64,000 nucleotides of DNA from a virus, in the IMG/VR virus record IMGVR_UViG_3300020000_000011, positions 1 to 64,000 of that record, one strand, 5' to 3'. Both the position numbers and the translations under genes were made by a program. Shown piece after piece: positions 28,227 to 36,960 of this stretch. How positions within the stretch are numbered: the first letter of the stretch is position 1; the number at the start of each line of letters is the position of its first letter. Below the pieces are notes generated by a model. It saw only the letters and a program-made list of their open reading frames with translations, had not been told where the DNA came from and did not search any database.

Positions 28227-28990
28227 TGGCCATGAAGCGACTGTTCGGCAACCAGTTCCCGGTGACGATGGAACGCAAAGACGGCCGACTGATCTACCTC
28301 GTCAACGAAGCGTTCTACGACGAGCACGCCCGTGAGGCGCGCATCGACGACGACTACGCCGGGAAGTTCATGGCCGTCGACACCGTCGTGTTGGACTCCG
28401 ACAACGAGTTCCGGTTCCTCGACGACTCCGGCGACAAGGTCGTGTTGCGCCCGACCCGGCCAGATGACGCCGCAGCGTCGCCCATGTTCAGCCTCGGCAT
28501 CCCACTTCCCGTCGAAATCATTGGAGCATTCATGACCGGCACCATCAGCGAACCGTCGATCTCGGCAGCCGTCGACGACGAAGGCGACGTTCACACCATG
28601 ATCCTCGAAACCGGTACGGGGTTATACGCAAGGTACTCGCGGCAGTGGATCCTGCTGTCCGACATCTCGCCGATCGAATCGCTCGACATCGTCGATGTCC
28701 CAGGGTCGGACCTGGAGCACTACGACATGGCCGACGACGTCGGCAAGGTGATCTCGATCCGTGACCTGTCGCCGATCAACCCGCCCGCAGCGTCGGCGAC
28801 CGGGCCGTCGCGTGCCGAACCACCCCCGGCGGTGACCGCCTCGGCGTCGGCGATGATCGTGGTCGCCTCCGCAGCCGACATCCCCGAGGCCATCGCCTGG
28901 GCTGAAGGCCACCCCGAGTCACGCTGGTACGTCGCCAGGAAGGCCCAGGCGCTCGGCTGGGCCGCTCCGATGCCGTGGGCTGACCAGTGA
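28226..28990 (+). CDS. hypothetical head-associated protein
   Basis: TGATG-coupled to giant ORF; AVTASA site; C-terminal HPESRWYVARKAQALG. Confidence 0.7.
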   Translation: MAMKRLFGNQFPVTMERKDGRLIYLVNEAFYDEHAREARIDDDYAGKFMAVDTVVLDSDNEFRFLDDSGDKVVLRPTRPDDAAASPMFSLGIPLPVEIIGAFMTGTISEPSISAAVDDEGDVHTMILETGTGLYARYSRQWILLSDISPIESLDIVDVPGSDLEHYDMADDVGKVISIRDLSPINPPAASATGPSRAEPPPAVTASASAMIVVASAADIPEAIAWAEGHPESRWYVARKAQALGWAAPMPWADQ

Positions 28991-29994
28991 AGCCCAGAAC
29001 GTTCCCGGTCCCTGTGGGGGCACGTAGCGGCCTCCTGGGGGCTGCTGCAACGTTCGATCAGATCGACCTCGCGGCCACGCTCGGCAACCGGTGGGCGGGC
29101 AAGATCCTGGCCCGCGAGAACGCCCGCATCCTCGGCTCGGTCCTCGGCAACGACATGCGGCTCCCGTTCGGGATCTGCACCGAAGTCGACGACGACCTGT
29201 TCGTCACCGCCCTCGTGCGCGGCAACGAGTGTTTCACCGCCGCCGGATGGCTCCCTGTGGACGACCCTGTGGACGACCCGATCCCGCTCGACGCCGACGA
29301 GGTCGCGTTCGTTGCCCGGGCGTTCGGCGAAGGGTACGACTGCGTGATCATGAAGGGCTACGCACCTGTGGCGATGCTGGCCACCTCGATGCCGGTCCCT
29401 GGCACCGACGCCCCGGCCGTCGACGTTCCTGAAGGCGCCAAGATCCTCGCCGTGGTCGACGACGGTGACCGCAACGCTGTCCTCGACGTCATCGCTGTCG
29501 CGCCTGGCCCGAAGGTGTACCGCCGCCACGACGGCACCTGGCAGGAAGACACGTCGTTCATCGCCCGGCTGCGCTCGGTGAAACCGCCGCCGGTCGTCGC
29601 CCTCGACGAGGCACAGTTGGCGTCGGTGCTCCCGCAGGTCGACGAGCAGACCGCCGGGATCCCGTTCACCAAGGAACCCCCGAAGAAAGCGACGACGGCG
29701 TCGGCGTACTCGGATCGGGCCGACGAGATGGCAATCGAGTTCGCGCTGCTCGCAGCAGGGCCGGGCAAGGCCCTGTCGCAGGCGACACCGGGCGGGCGTG
29801 AACCGGCGCAGCTACGCGAATACTGGGCGTTCGGTCCCGGCGCAGCGAAGATCCGGTGGGGCACACCAGGCGCATGGCGCAGGTGCCACCGCCAGTTGAC
29901 GAAGTACGTCGGCCCACTCATCTCCAAGGGGCTGTGTACGAATCTGGCGAAGCTGCGTGGCGGGCATGGTGTCGCCACGCACGTCGGCAGCTAG
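28987..29994 (+). CDS. head-associated protein with YW..G.GAAKIRWG domain
   Basis: LREYWAFGPGAAKIRWGTPGAWRRC..LTKY..GLC.NL, a domain recalled from actinophage head/protease proteins; ALLAAG site. Confidence 0.65.
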   Translation: MKPRTFPVPVGARSGLLGAAATFDQIDLAATLGNRWAGKILARENARILGSVLGNDMRLPFGICTEVDDDLFVTALVRGNECFTAAGWLPVDDPVDDPIPLDADEVAFVARAFGEGYDCVIMKGYAPVAMLATSMPVPGTDAPAVDVPEGAKILAVVDDGDRNAVLDVIAVAPGPKVYRRHDGTWQEDTSFIARLRSVKPPPVVALDEAQLASVLPQVDEQTAGIPFTKEPPKKATTASAYSDRADEMAIEFALLAAGPGKALSQATPGGREPAQLREYWAFGPGAAKIRWGTPGAWRRCHRQLTKYVGPLISKGLCTNLAKLRGGHGVATHVGS

Positions 29995-29998
29995 GTGC

Positions 29999-30031
29999 GG
30001 ACTCGGGCCAGCGCGGCACCGACCCGAGTCC
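29999..30031. terminator. hairpin between convergent genes
   Basis: ggactcggg / cccgagtcc. Confidence 0.5.
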
Positions 30032-30081
30032 TGGGTCGAACCGCGACTGGGTGGTAAGCAAGTCCGACCGTTGGTCGCAGG

Positions 30082-31659
30082 TTAGGCGATCTTCCGGCGG
30101 CGACTAGCGACGGCCAGCAAGGTGCCCGCGCCGACCATCAAGAATGCGATGCCCGACGTCGTGTCGGTGGTCGAACCGGTGTGCGGCAGCCCCGTCGGTG
30201 GGGGCGTGACACCAGGCGGGAACGGGCCATCAGGGTTGGCGCAGTTCGCCGACTCCGGCGGGTAGGTGACAAACGCCGTCGCCGTCGGGTTGACCGTGTA
30301 CGTCAAGTTGATCCCGGCCCGAAGGAACTCGTCGCTCGGGTCACGAACCCAGAAGCCAGCGCCGTTCAGGTTCCATCCCGGCACATCGGCGATCGTGCCG
30401 TCAGCGTTGACCCTCGTGCCCGGGTACAGCAGGTCCACCGTCGCGCCCGGCTGGTAGACCAGCGGCTGGGTCGACACCACGTTGCCGTTGACGTCGGCCA
30501 TCGTCAGCGTCCCGGTCTGCCCGGCCAACTGTGGGAACTGGTTCTGGAACACGATGCGGATCGTCGGGACCTCGCGGACGCACACCGTCGCCGCGGCTCC
30601 GAAACTGAAGGTCGGTGGCAGCGTCGTCGTTGAAGCCGGAAGCGTCGAAGTGGGGCCGGTGGGCGAGAGGGTGGTCGTGACGCCCGTGGTCGTCGGGGCA
30701 ACCGTCCCCGTAGTAGTGGGTGCGACCGTTGTCGATGTCGTTGATGTCGTTGCTCCTGTGGTCGTGGTCGCCGGGATCGTGGTGGTGCTCGTCGTCGTCG
30801 TGGCGGGCGGGCAGTCCGGCGGGAACGTCACCGACGCCGTTGCTGTCTCCTGGCCGAGCGAGAAGATCAGGTTCACGTTCTGTGTCGTGTTCGGGTAGGC
30901 GATCGTCACCGTGGTGTTCGACTGGAAGGTCAGGAACACCGACCCTCCGGTGCTGAACGACAGGACCCCGATCTGACCGTCCAAGTCGGGCCGGTTGCCG
31001 AACGTGATCGAGATCTCGGGCAGGAAGTCGGCACCGCAGAAGGCGAAGACGTTGACGCCGAACAGGCTGACTCTCGGCCCCGTCGTCGTGGTCGCCGGGA
31101 TCGTGGTGCTCGACGTGGTCGTCGCCGCGGCGGTCGTGGTCGTGTTCTTCACGGTCGTCGTTGTCGCAGCGGCAGTCGTCGTGGTGGCCTTGACCGTGGT
31201 GGTCGTGGCCTTCTCCGTCGTCGTGGTGTTCTTCACGGTGGTCGGCGGGTATGTCGTCGTGTCGTGCTTCACCGTGGTGGTCGTGTGTGCCGCGGTGGTC
31301 GTGGTGGCCTTCTCGGTCGTCGTGGTCCCACCACCATCGGCTGGCGGGCACTCGTGCACCGACGGCTCCGGCTGACCGACGTCGAAAGCGATCGCCACGC
31401 TGCGACCCTGCGCGTCGTTGAAGAAGTCACCGATCCGCACGAAGTTGCGGAGACTGTTGGTGTCGACGGAGATCGGATTGTCGCCGGTCTGCAACCGCTC
31501 ATCGACGCCGGGTTTGCCGACGTACTTGCACACGAACACCTTGTGCGACACCTCGACCGTCGTCTCCGTCGTCGGGTACGGGTTGTCCTCCAGTGCCAGT
31601 GCGGCGGTGCCGCAACTCGCGAGTAGCAATCCACTCAGCAGGGCCAGTGTGCGTTTCAC
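30082..31659 (-). CDS. LPXTG sortase-anchored, Thr-rich (mucin-like) surface protein
   Basis: signal peptide with LASC, Thr-rich repeats, duplicated ~90 aa beta domain, LPHTG + TM + RRRK tail. Confidence 0.85.
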   Translation of the reverse strand: MKRTLALLSGLLLASCGTAALALEDNPYPTTETTVEVSHKVFVCKYVGKPGVDERLQTGDNPISVDTNSLRNFVRIGDFFNDAQGRSVAIAFDVGQPEPSVHECPPADGGGTTTTEKATTTTAAHTTTTVKHDTTTYPPTTVKNTTTTEKATTTTVKATTTTAAATTTTVKNTTTTAAATTTSSTTIPATTTTGPRVSLFGVNVFAFCGADFLPEISITFGNRPDLDGQIGVLSFSTGGSVFLTFQSNTTVTIAYPNTTQNVNLIFSLGQETATASVTFPPDCPPATTTTSTTTIPATTTTGATTSTTSTTVAPTTTGTVAPTTTGVTTTLSPTGPTSTLPASTTTLPPTFSFGAAATVCVREVPTIRIVFQNQFPQLAGQTGTLTMADVNGNVVSTQPLVYQPGATVDLLYPGTRVNADGTIADVPGWNLNGAGFWVRDPSDEFLRAGINLTYTVNPTATAFVTYPPESANCANPDGPFPPGVTPPPTGLPHTGSTTDTTSGIAFLMVGAGTLLAVASRRRKIA

Positions 31660-31702
31660 CACCCGCACAGTACCCACCTGTAACGGCGAATAACCGGATA
31701 TC

Positions 31703-31780
31703 TGGTGGCAGGGGCGGGATTCGAACCTCGCGACCTCCGGGTTATGAACCCGACGAGCTACCGGACTGCTCTACCCTGCG
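31703..31780 (-). tRNA. tRNA-fMet (CAT)
   Basis: cloverleaf, CAT anticodon, GGG/CCC anticodon stem, 1:72 mismatch, CCA end; one extra base in T stem. Confidence 0.85.
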
Positions 31781-31950
31781 CTGCTCGGACTGTACATCGT
31801 CGTCGGCATCGTCGACGTCGGTTAACACGTAGATCGGCTGACCGGCACGGTCCCACGCCTCGGCGTCCTCGACCGTGTCGAACGTGATGCAGATCAGTCG
31901 CTGCCTGGCCGAGAAGGTGTGCGACCGGTGATCGTGCGGCGTGTGGCGCC

Positions 31951-32103
31951 TCACCGCTTCAACCTGTCGAGGTAGTCGATGTACGCCTCGGCCGAGTTCA
32001 ACAGTTCCGGCCCGGTGTACGGCCCCGGCGTCATCACCCCGGCGGCGACGAGGATGTCGCCGAGCGCCTGCCACGCCTGCGTTGCCTGCGCGGCCTTGAT
32101 CAT
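31951..32103 (-). CDS. hypothetical protein
   Basis: MIKAAQ... ORF after GAAGAG. Confidence 0.45.
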   Translation of the reverse strand: MIKAAQATQAWQALGDILVAAGVMTPGPYTGPELLNSAEAYIDYLDRLKR

Positions 32104-32767
32104 CAACTCTTCACGTTCGCGGCGTCGCATCCGGCAGCACCTCCGTCCAGCCGTCGTCGCCGTACATCCAGTTGCGACCGTCGTCGACGGTGTAGGCCAA
32201 CGAGCCACGGGCAAGACGGACCGGTGGGACGTACGCGGCCCATTCTTCGGTCTGGTCCGGCAGCACCGTCGGCACCGGCCCGCGCAGCGCCTCGGCGAAC
32301 CGGGCCTCTCGACGTCGCCGCTCGCGCATGATCTGGCCGACCGTGCGGGCAAACAGAACGATCCCGAAACCGATCAACAAGATCCCGATCAACGCCTTCA
32401 CAGCAGCGACTTCCACATCCCGACGTACAACCCGACCGCCAACAACGGGACACCGATGTACGCCCCGATCGCCAACGCCCGCTCCCACCGCGTGTACGGC
32501 TCCATCAACGCCTTCCCTTCCTCGGTGGCCACGGCCACCCGATATCAGCCAACGGACTGTCCGCCGCCACTCTCCACCAAACCTTGCCGCTCCGCACGAA
32601 CCGATTGATCCCGGCCAGGTGCTCGTCGCACCAATAGCGCGCCGAGATCCGCCGGTACCCGCGCTTGCGAACGACCGCCACCGCCGGGTTCTCGCAGTGC
32701 GGCTGCGAACAACGATGCTCCATCCCGACCGCCCACGTCGCCTCGTCCTCGACGACCGCCGTCCGCT

Positions 32768-33037
32768 TCACTCGACATACCCGGCCGGTAGCCACTGGCG
32801 GACCGCAGCGAGTCGCCGATCGGCCTCCGGTGTCCCACGGATATCACGCATCACCAGCCCCGTCGCTGACCGCTCGGCGAACGACAGACGTCGACGCAGG
32901 TGCATCGCGATGGTGCCCCGCTCGACCCACTCGTGGTCGGTGTCGCCGACGCCACGCAACGCCCGCTCGGCACGCGCCAGGTGGTCGGCAATCGGCGCGC
33001 CGCGGCGCCCGTGGTATGCGATCGAGGCGTGCCACAC
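32768..33037 (-). CDS. hypothetical phage protein
   Basis: WHASIA...L.GVGD..EW.E....HLRRRLS..E; start uncertain. Confidence 0.55.
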   Translation of the reverse strand: MWHASIAYHGRRGAPIADHLARAERALRGVGDTDHEWVERGTIAMHLRRRLSFAERSATGLVMRDIRGTPEADRRLAAVRQWLPAGYVE

Positions 33038-33228
33038 GGGTCCGCCGTAGCCCTGCTCAATTCATTCATAGCCGGTGTTGATCGTCAACACGAGCGACCA
33101 GGCGTCGGTGATCCGATGCCGGAACCGTGGGTGGGTCGTCTCCCCGGCGAGCAGGCACGGATGGGCGACCGCGGCGAGTTGCGCCGGGGTCACGTTTCGG
33201 CCTCGCCCGATCGGGCTACCCTCTGGGC

Positions 33229-33324
33229 ATGCTCAGTCTCTTGGCCGACGGTGTGTACATCGGTGGTGGCGCGATCCTGTTGGTCATCGTCATCCTGTTG
33301 ATCTGGGCGATCTTCTTCCGCTGA
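33229..33324 (+). CDS. small membrane peptide
   Basis: YIGGGAILLVIVILLI; leaderless after TACCCT. Confidence 0.55.
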   Translation: MLSLLADGVYIGGGAILLVIVILLIWAIFFR

Positions 33325-33413
33325 CAGGATGTGGATGGCGGCTAGGAACCCCTGGCCACACTCGCGGCATTCCGAGCCGGGCAGACCGCGAACCGACGGC
33401 TGATGACGATGCG

Positions 33414-33563
33414 TCACAGTCGCAGTTTCCAATCGTCGATCGACTCGACGAGATCCTCGTCGGCGTACTCGGCCAACGTGTTGAACAACGACTCTCCGGC
33501 CGTGTGCGGGTCGACGTCATCGGGAATCGAGACAGTGACCACGACGTCAATCTCGCGGGCCAT
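33414..33563 (-). CDS. small acidic hypothetical protein
   Basis: TGATG-coupled to upstream minus gene. Confidence 0.5.
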   Translation of the reverse strand: MAREIDVVVTVSIPDDVDPHTAGESLFNTLAEYADEDLVESIDDWKLRL

Positions 33564-33805
33564 CAGTGCCGGTCCAACTCGCGTAGGTCCACGTCGTTGA
33601 TGACCGCCTCGCAACGCAGCCGCCACTTGTCGGGGTCGGGCCTGTCGAACTTGACCCTTTCCTCGTGCAGCTTGTGCGGGATCGCTCCCAGCAGGGTGAC
33701 CGTCAGGACCCCGAAGTCGCCCTTCCGTTGCACCTTGCAGCCGTACCAGCCAGCGTCGTAACGGCGCTGCTCCCAAACGGTGTCAGTCATCTCGGTCATG
33801 GTCAT
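33563..33805 (-). CDS. hypothetical protein
   Basis: AAGGGG RBS; 80 aa. Confidence 0.6.
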   Translation of the reverse strand: MTMTEMTDTVWEQRRYDAGWYGCKVQRKGDFGVLTVTLLGAIPHKLHEERVKFDRPDPDKWRLRCEAVINDVDLRELDRH

Positions 33806-34029
33806 GGTTCCCCTTGTCTTGGTCTTGATCTTGTCGCGAGATCGGAGAAGAAGTCGAGCGTCTCGCCGATCGCAGATGGTGTCATCGGTGCCATCGCCTC
33901 GCGGGCCTCGATCTCTCGGGCCAACGTCATCCCCGGGTCGATCTTGTAGGCCAGTTCACGGCCGCGGATCCGTTCCCGCACTGCGGCAATCGCTGCCGCA
34001 ATCTTGGCGTCTTGTCTGGAAGGCATCAC
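33802..34029 (-). CDS. hypothetical protein
   Basis: coupled. Confidence 0.45.
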   Translation of the reverse strand: MMPSRQDAKIAAAIAAVRERIRGRELAYKIDPGMTLAREIEAREAMAPMTPSAIGETLDFFSDLATRSRPRQGEP

Positions 34030-34084
34030 GGCACACTACTCGACCTGTTACGGTTACCGCAACGGGCAACTTGGAGGGAAACCC

Positions 34085-34765
34085 ATGATCAACTTTCTAC
34101 GACGCAACGACCTGACCACCGACTGGGTCCGATGGGCCGTCGGTGCTCTGCTCGTCGCCGGGCTGTTCTGCCCGTACCTGACATCGTCGACGGCCACCGC
34201 CGCGCCAGCACCGGCCACCAAGGCGCCCGCCGTCGCCAAGACCACCCCGATCGGGGTGACGAATACGTTGAGGGCGCTCGATAAGTTGAGGTCCTTCGGC
34301 TACTCGATCGACACGCCCGCCCGCGCCGCCAAAGCAATCCGGCACTGGCAGAAAGTCAACGGTTTAGTCGTCGATGGGATCGTCGGTTCGGAGACTCTCG
34401 GGTCGCTGAACCTGAGCGCGCAGCCCACCGTCCCGGCTGTTCGTCTCAACCCGCCAGCCCCGGCGCCCGAACCGGTGGTGGGTAACGATCCCGCGTCCAC
34501 CGAGCAGATCATCCGCGAGGTGTGGCCCGACAACATCGAAGACTGGGCGGTGCGGATCGCCAAACGCGAGTCCGGCCCGAACCTCAAAGTCGACGCCGCC
34601 AACTACTGCTGCTACGGAATCTTCCAGATCTACTACTCGGTCCACCGGGCCTGGCTCGCCGACTACGGCGTCAACCAGCCGTCCGACCTGTTCGACCCTC
34701 GCGTCAACGCCACCGTCGCACTGGCCCTGTACGGACAGGTGGGGTGCCGACCGTGGGGATGCTGA
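34085..34765 (+). CDS. secreted peptidoglycan-binding + lytic transglycosylase (SLT/lysozyme-like) protein
   Basis: signal peptide; AIRHWQKVNGLVVDGIVGSET (PG_binding_1); IAKRES..YGIFQI..LFDPRVNA. Confidence 0.85.
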   Translation: MINFLRRNDLTTDWVRWAVGALLVAGLFCPYLTSSTATAAPAPATKAPAVAKTTPIGVTNTLRALDKLRSFGYSIDTPARAAKAIRHWQKVNGLVVDGIVGSETLGSLNLSAQPTVPAVRLNPPAPAPEPVVGNDPASTEQIIREVWPDNIEDWAVRIAKRESGPNLKVDAANYCCYGIFQIYYSVHRAWLADYGVNQPSDLFDPRVNATVALALYGQVGCRPWGC

Positions 34766-34920
34766 CCACCAAGGACCTGCTCGACGAAGCCGAAGCACAA
34801 CTGAACAACTCCGACAACGAAGCCGACACCGTCTCCGAGCGGGTCCTGTGGGCGCTGAAGTCGATCGCCGCGTCGCAACTCGTCATCGCCCGCGCCAGCG
34901 CCGGGATCCGAGCGAAGTAA
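34759..34920 (+). CDS. hypothetical protein
   Basis: coupled helical ORF. Confidence 0.55.
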   Translation: MLTTKDLLDEAEAQLNNSDNEADTVSERVLWALKSIAASQLVIARASAGIRAK

Positions 34921-35159
34921 TGCCGAAGCAATCCGCAGTCAACGTGTTCGACGTCCCGGCGTTCTCCGAGGATGTCGAACGGTTCAGGGTCCGGCGCGGC
35001 TGGTCGAAAGCGGAGATGGCCGACGTGTGCGGGATCTCACTGTCGACGTTGAAGATGTTCGTCCAGAACTCGCGCCCGCCGGGCCTGTTCCTGGTGTGTG
35101 TCCTCGCCGACGTCTGCGACCTGTCGCTCGACAAGTACCGAGTCAACGAGGGCATATGA
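34920..35159 (+). CDS. XRE-family HTH regulator
   Basis: RVRRGWSKAEMADVCGISLSTL...P....LADVCDLSLD. Confidence 0.85.
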   Translation: MPKQSAVNVFDVPAFSEDVERFRVRRGWSKAEMADVCGISLSTLKMFVQNSRPPGLFLVCVLADVCDLSLDKYRVNEGI

Positions 35160-35320
35160 GATGGCAGTTGGTCAACCTGGAGAAGCACTACGCGATGAGC
35201 GAGGCGATCTTCACCCCGAAGCTGAAACGGGCCAAGTGCGGCCTGTGTTTGCAGGAGTTCGGTCCGGCGCCGATCACGGAACTGGGCGACACGATCGTTC
35301 ACGTAGCGTGCGTGCCGTGA
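35156..35320 (+). CDS. small Zn-binding hypothetical protein
   Basis: CGLC...HVAC. Confidence 0.55.
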   Translation: MRWQLVNLEKHYAMSEAIFTPKLKRAKCGLCLQEFGPAPITELGDTIVHVACVP

Positions 35321-35408
35321 TCCCTCACTGGCTCGTCATCTGGTGGCTCTGTGGCCTGTCGATCGCCCTCGCGTTGATCGTGGTCGCCGTTGTCGTCGGG
35401 AGGAACCC

Positions 35409-35633
35409 GTGACCCCGAAGTGGACCTGGTCGGCGTTCGCGTTCGGGGTCGGGGTCGTCATCGTGTTGATCCTCGTCATCGTCGGCTGCTCGGCCCTGCC
35501 GACTCACTCGGATGATCCGAAGACGTGTCGTGAGCGGGCCGCGTACCGGCTCGCTGACACGTACCCGGATCCGGCGAACCTGGCGTTGGCGCTCAACACC
35601 GTCTGCCAAGACCAAACCGGGACCGTGCCATGA
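35409..35633 (+). CDS. putative lipoprotein/membrane protein
   Basis: hydrophobic segment ending IVGC. Confidence 0.55.
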   Translation: MTPKWTWSAFAFGVGVVIVLILVIVGCSALPTHSDDPKTCRERAAYRLADTYPDPANLALALNTVCQDQTGTVP

Positions 35634-35908
35634 GTGAACGTGACCCGATGTCGCCGATCCCACCGATCGCTCAACACGCGACGTCGCCGCAGAACCGCAA
35701 CGGGCCGCACCACGGCACCGTCGACATCACCGCCGCCGACTCACTGCACGAAGCAGTCGACCTCGCCGCGGCGTGGATCTCCGAGTTCATCGACGGCCGC
35801 AACTTTGTGATGGCGTCACACTCGACACCGATCATGATCCACCTCGGCGACGGCGTGTCGCGAGTGGCCGGGTGGAACGTGTCGATCGACTGGCGTGTCG
35901 TCAGCTAG
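35630..35908 (+). CDS. hypothetical protein
   Basis: ATGA-coupled. Confidence 0.55.
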   Translation: MSERDPMSPIPPIAQHATSPQNRNGPHHGTVDITAADSLHEAVDLAAAWISEFIDGRNFVMASHSTPIMIHLGDGVSRVAGWNVSIDWRVVS

Positions 35909-36093
35909 AGCACGAACGCGGCGACCGACACCAGACAGAGGCCGAGCGCAATGAGCACCGCTGCGGCCTTGTCTTTGGCCGGGGCGGGCGTGTGGGTCCA
36001 TGTGTAGATGACGTGGACGGCGAACACGACGGCGGCGACGAGGAACAGGAAATCGGCCAGGTCGATGTGACCCTCCGAGATCTGAGCGATCAT
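35905..36093 (-). CDS. two-TM membrane protein
   Basis: DLADFLFLVAAVVF...LIALGLCLVSVAAFVL. Confidence 0.6.
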   Translation of the reverse strand: MIAQISEGHIDLADFLFLVAAVVFAVHVIYTWTHTPAPAKDKAAAVLIALGLCLVSVAAFVL

Positions 36094-36108
36094 GCGCGCA
36101 CCGTAGCA

Positions 36109-36185
36109 CTTGCCGCTACTTGCCAAGTTAGGGCAAGTCTGGGCAAGGCGAAGGGCAAGCGAAAGGCAGCGAAAGGCAAGCGAAG
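36109..36185. repeat. helically phased GGCAAG repeat array
   Basis: GGCAAG-like units at 36122, 36132, 36142, 36154, 36165, 36175 plus inverted CTTGCC at 36109 and 36119. Confidence 0.7.
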
Positions 36186-36209
36186 CTGCACACCCGATCT
36201 GGGTGACAC

Positions 36210-36238
36210 GTTGCGATACTGGGATAGCGCGCTATACT
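36210..36238 (+). promoter_or_regulatory. early promoter, leaderless
   Basis: GTTGCG..GCTATACT, GTG at 36246. Confidence 0.65.
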
Positions 36239-36245
36239 AGAACCG

Positions 36246-36520
36246 TGACCGAGATGCTGACTTCCTCCCTCCTGGCCGGGGCCGACTTCGTGCCTGCTGG
36301 CACCGTGTTCTTGAACTGCGGCACGCTGGCCTCCCCGGCCACGATGGCCGCGGCCAACAACACGTGCGTGTGGTGCCACGAGTTGATGGTCGCCAAGGTC
36401 GGCGGTGGGCTGGTCGCCGGTGCGATGATCGGCCAACGGGCCTCGGCCTCCGACGAGTGGACCTGGTCCGGTCCGTTCTGCAAGGCATGTGATAAGGCGC
36501 ACGGGCGGATGCTCGACTGA
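36246..36520 (+). CDS. Zn-finger hypothetical protein
   Basis: CVWC ... CKAC. Confidence 0.6.
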
Positions 36521-36537
36521 CCCGCTACCGTAGCGTG

Positions 36538-36810
36538 ATGGCAATCCGGCTGGTCCACACCCTGTGCGGCGACACGGCGTTCTTCTACGACGACATGCTC
36601 GTGCCCGGCACCGCGATGCGCGCCGAGAAGGCGACGATGCCCGACGGCACCCACCCGATCAACGGGATGATGATGAAGTGCGGTTCGTGCGGTGAACCGA
36701 TCCCGACGTTCGACGGCACCGTGTTGGAACTGGAAGTCGACCCGACCACCGCCAAGCGCCTCGACGATCCCGTCGACTGGCCCGGCGAGTGGGACGGACA
36801 CGCTGGCTGA
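36538..36810 (+). CDS. Zn-ribbon hypothetical protein
   Basis: HTLCG ... CGSCG. Confidence 0.6.
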   Translation: MAIRLVHTLCGDTAFFYDDMLVPGTAMRAEKATMPDGTHPINGMMMKCGSCGEPIPTFDGTVLELEVDPTTAKRLDDPVDWPGEWDGHAG

Positions 36811-36811
36811 G

Positions 36812-36882
36812 CAGCCCCAACGGGATTCGAACCCGTGTTTCCACCCTGAGAAAGTGGAGTCCTGCCGCTGAACGATGGGGCC
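36812..36882 (-). tRNA. tRNA-Glu (CTC)
   Basis: GGCCCCA/TGGGGCT acceptor, TTCTCAG loop, GGTTCGAATCC; no encoded CCA. Confidence 0.85.
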
Positions 36883-36883
36883 G

Positions 36884-36959
36884 TGGAGCGGATGACGGGA
36901 ATCGAACCCGCGACCTCGACCTTGGCAAGGTCGCGCTCTGCCAACTGAGCCACATCCGC
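36884..36959 (-). tRNA. tRNA-Gly (GCC)
   Basis: canonical 76-nt cloverleaf with CCA. Confidence 0.95.
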
Positions 36960-36960
36960 T

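Noticed and set aside
31703-36959. tRNAs as prophage att sites / host boundary
   Set aside because: No integrase or duplicated tRNA 3' end seen, and phage-type genes continue on both sides.
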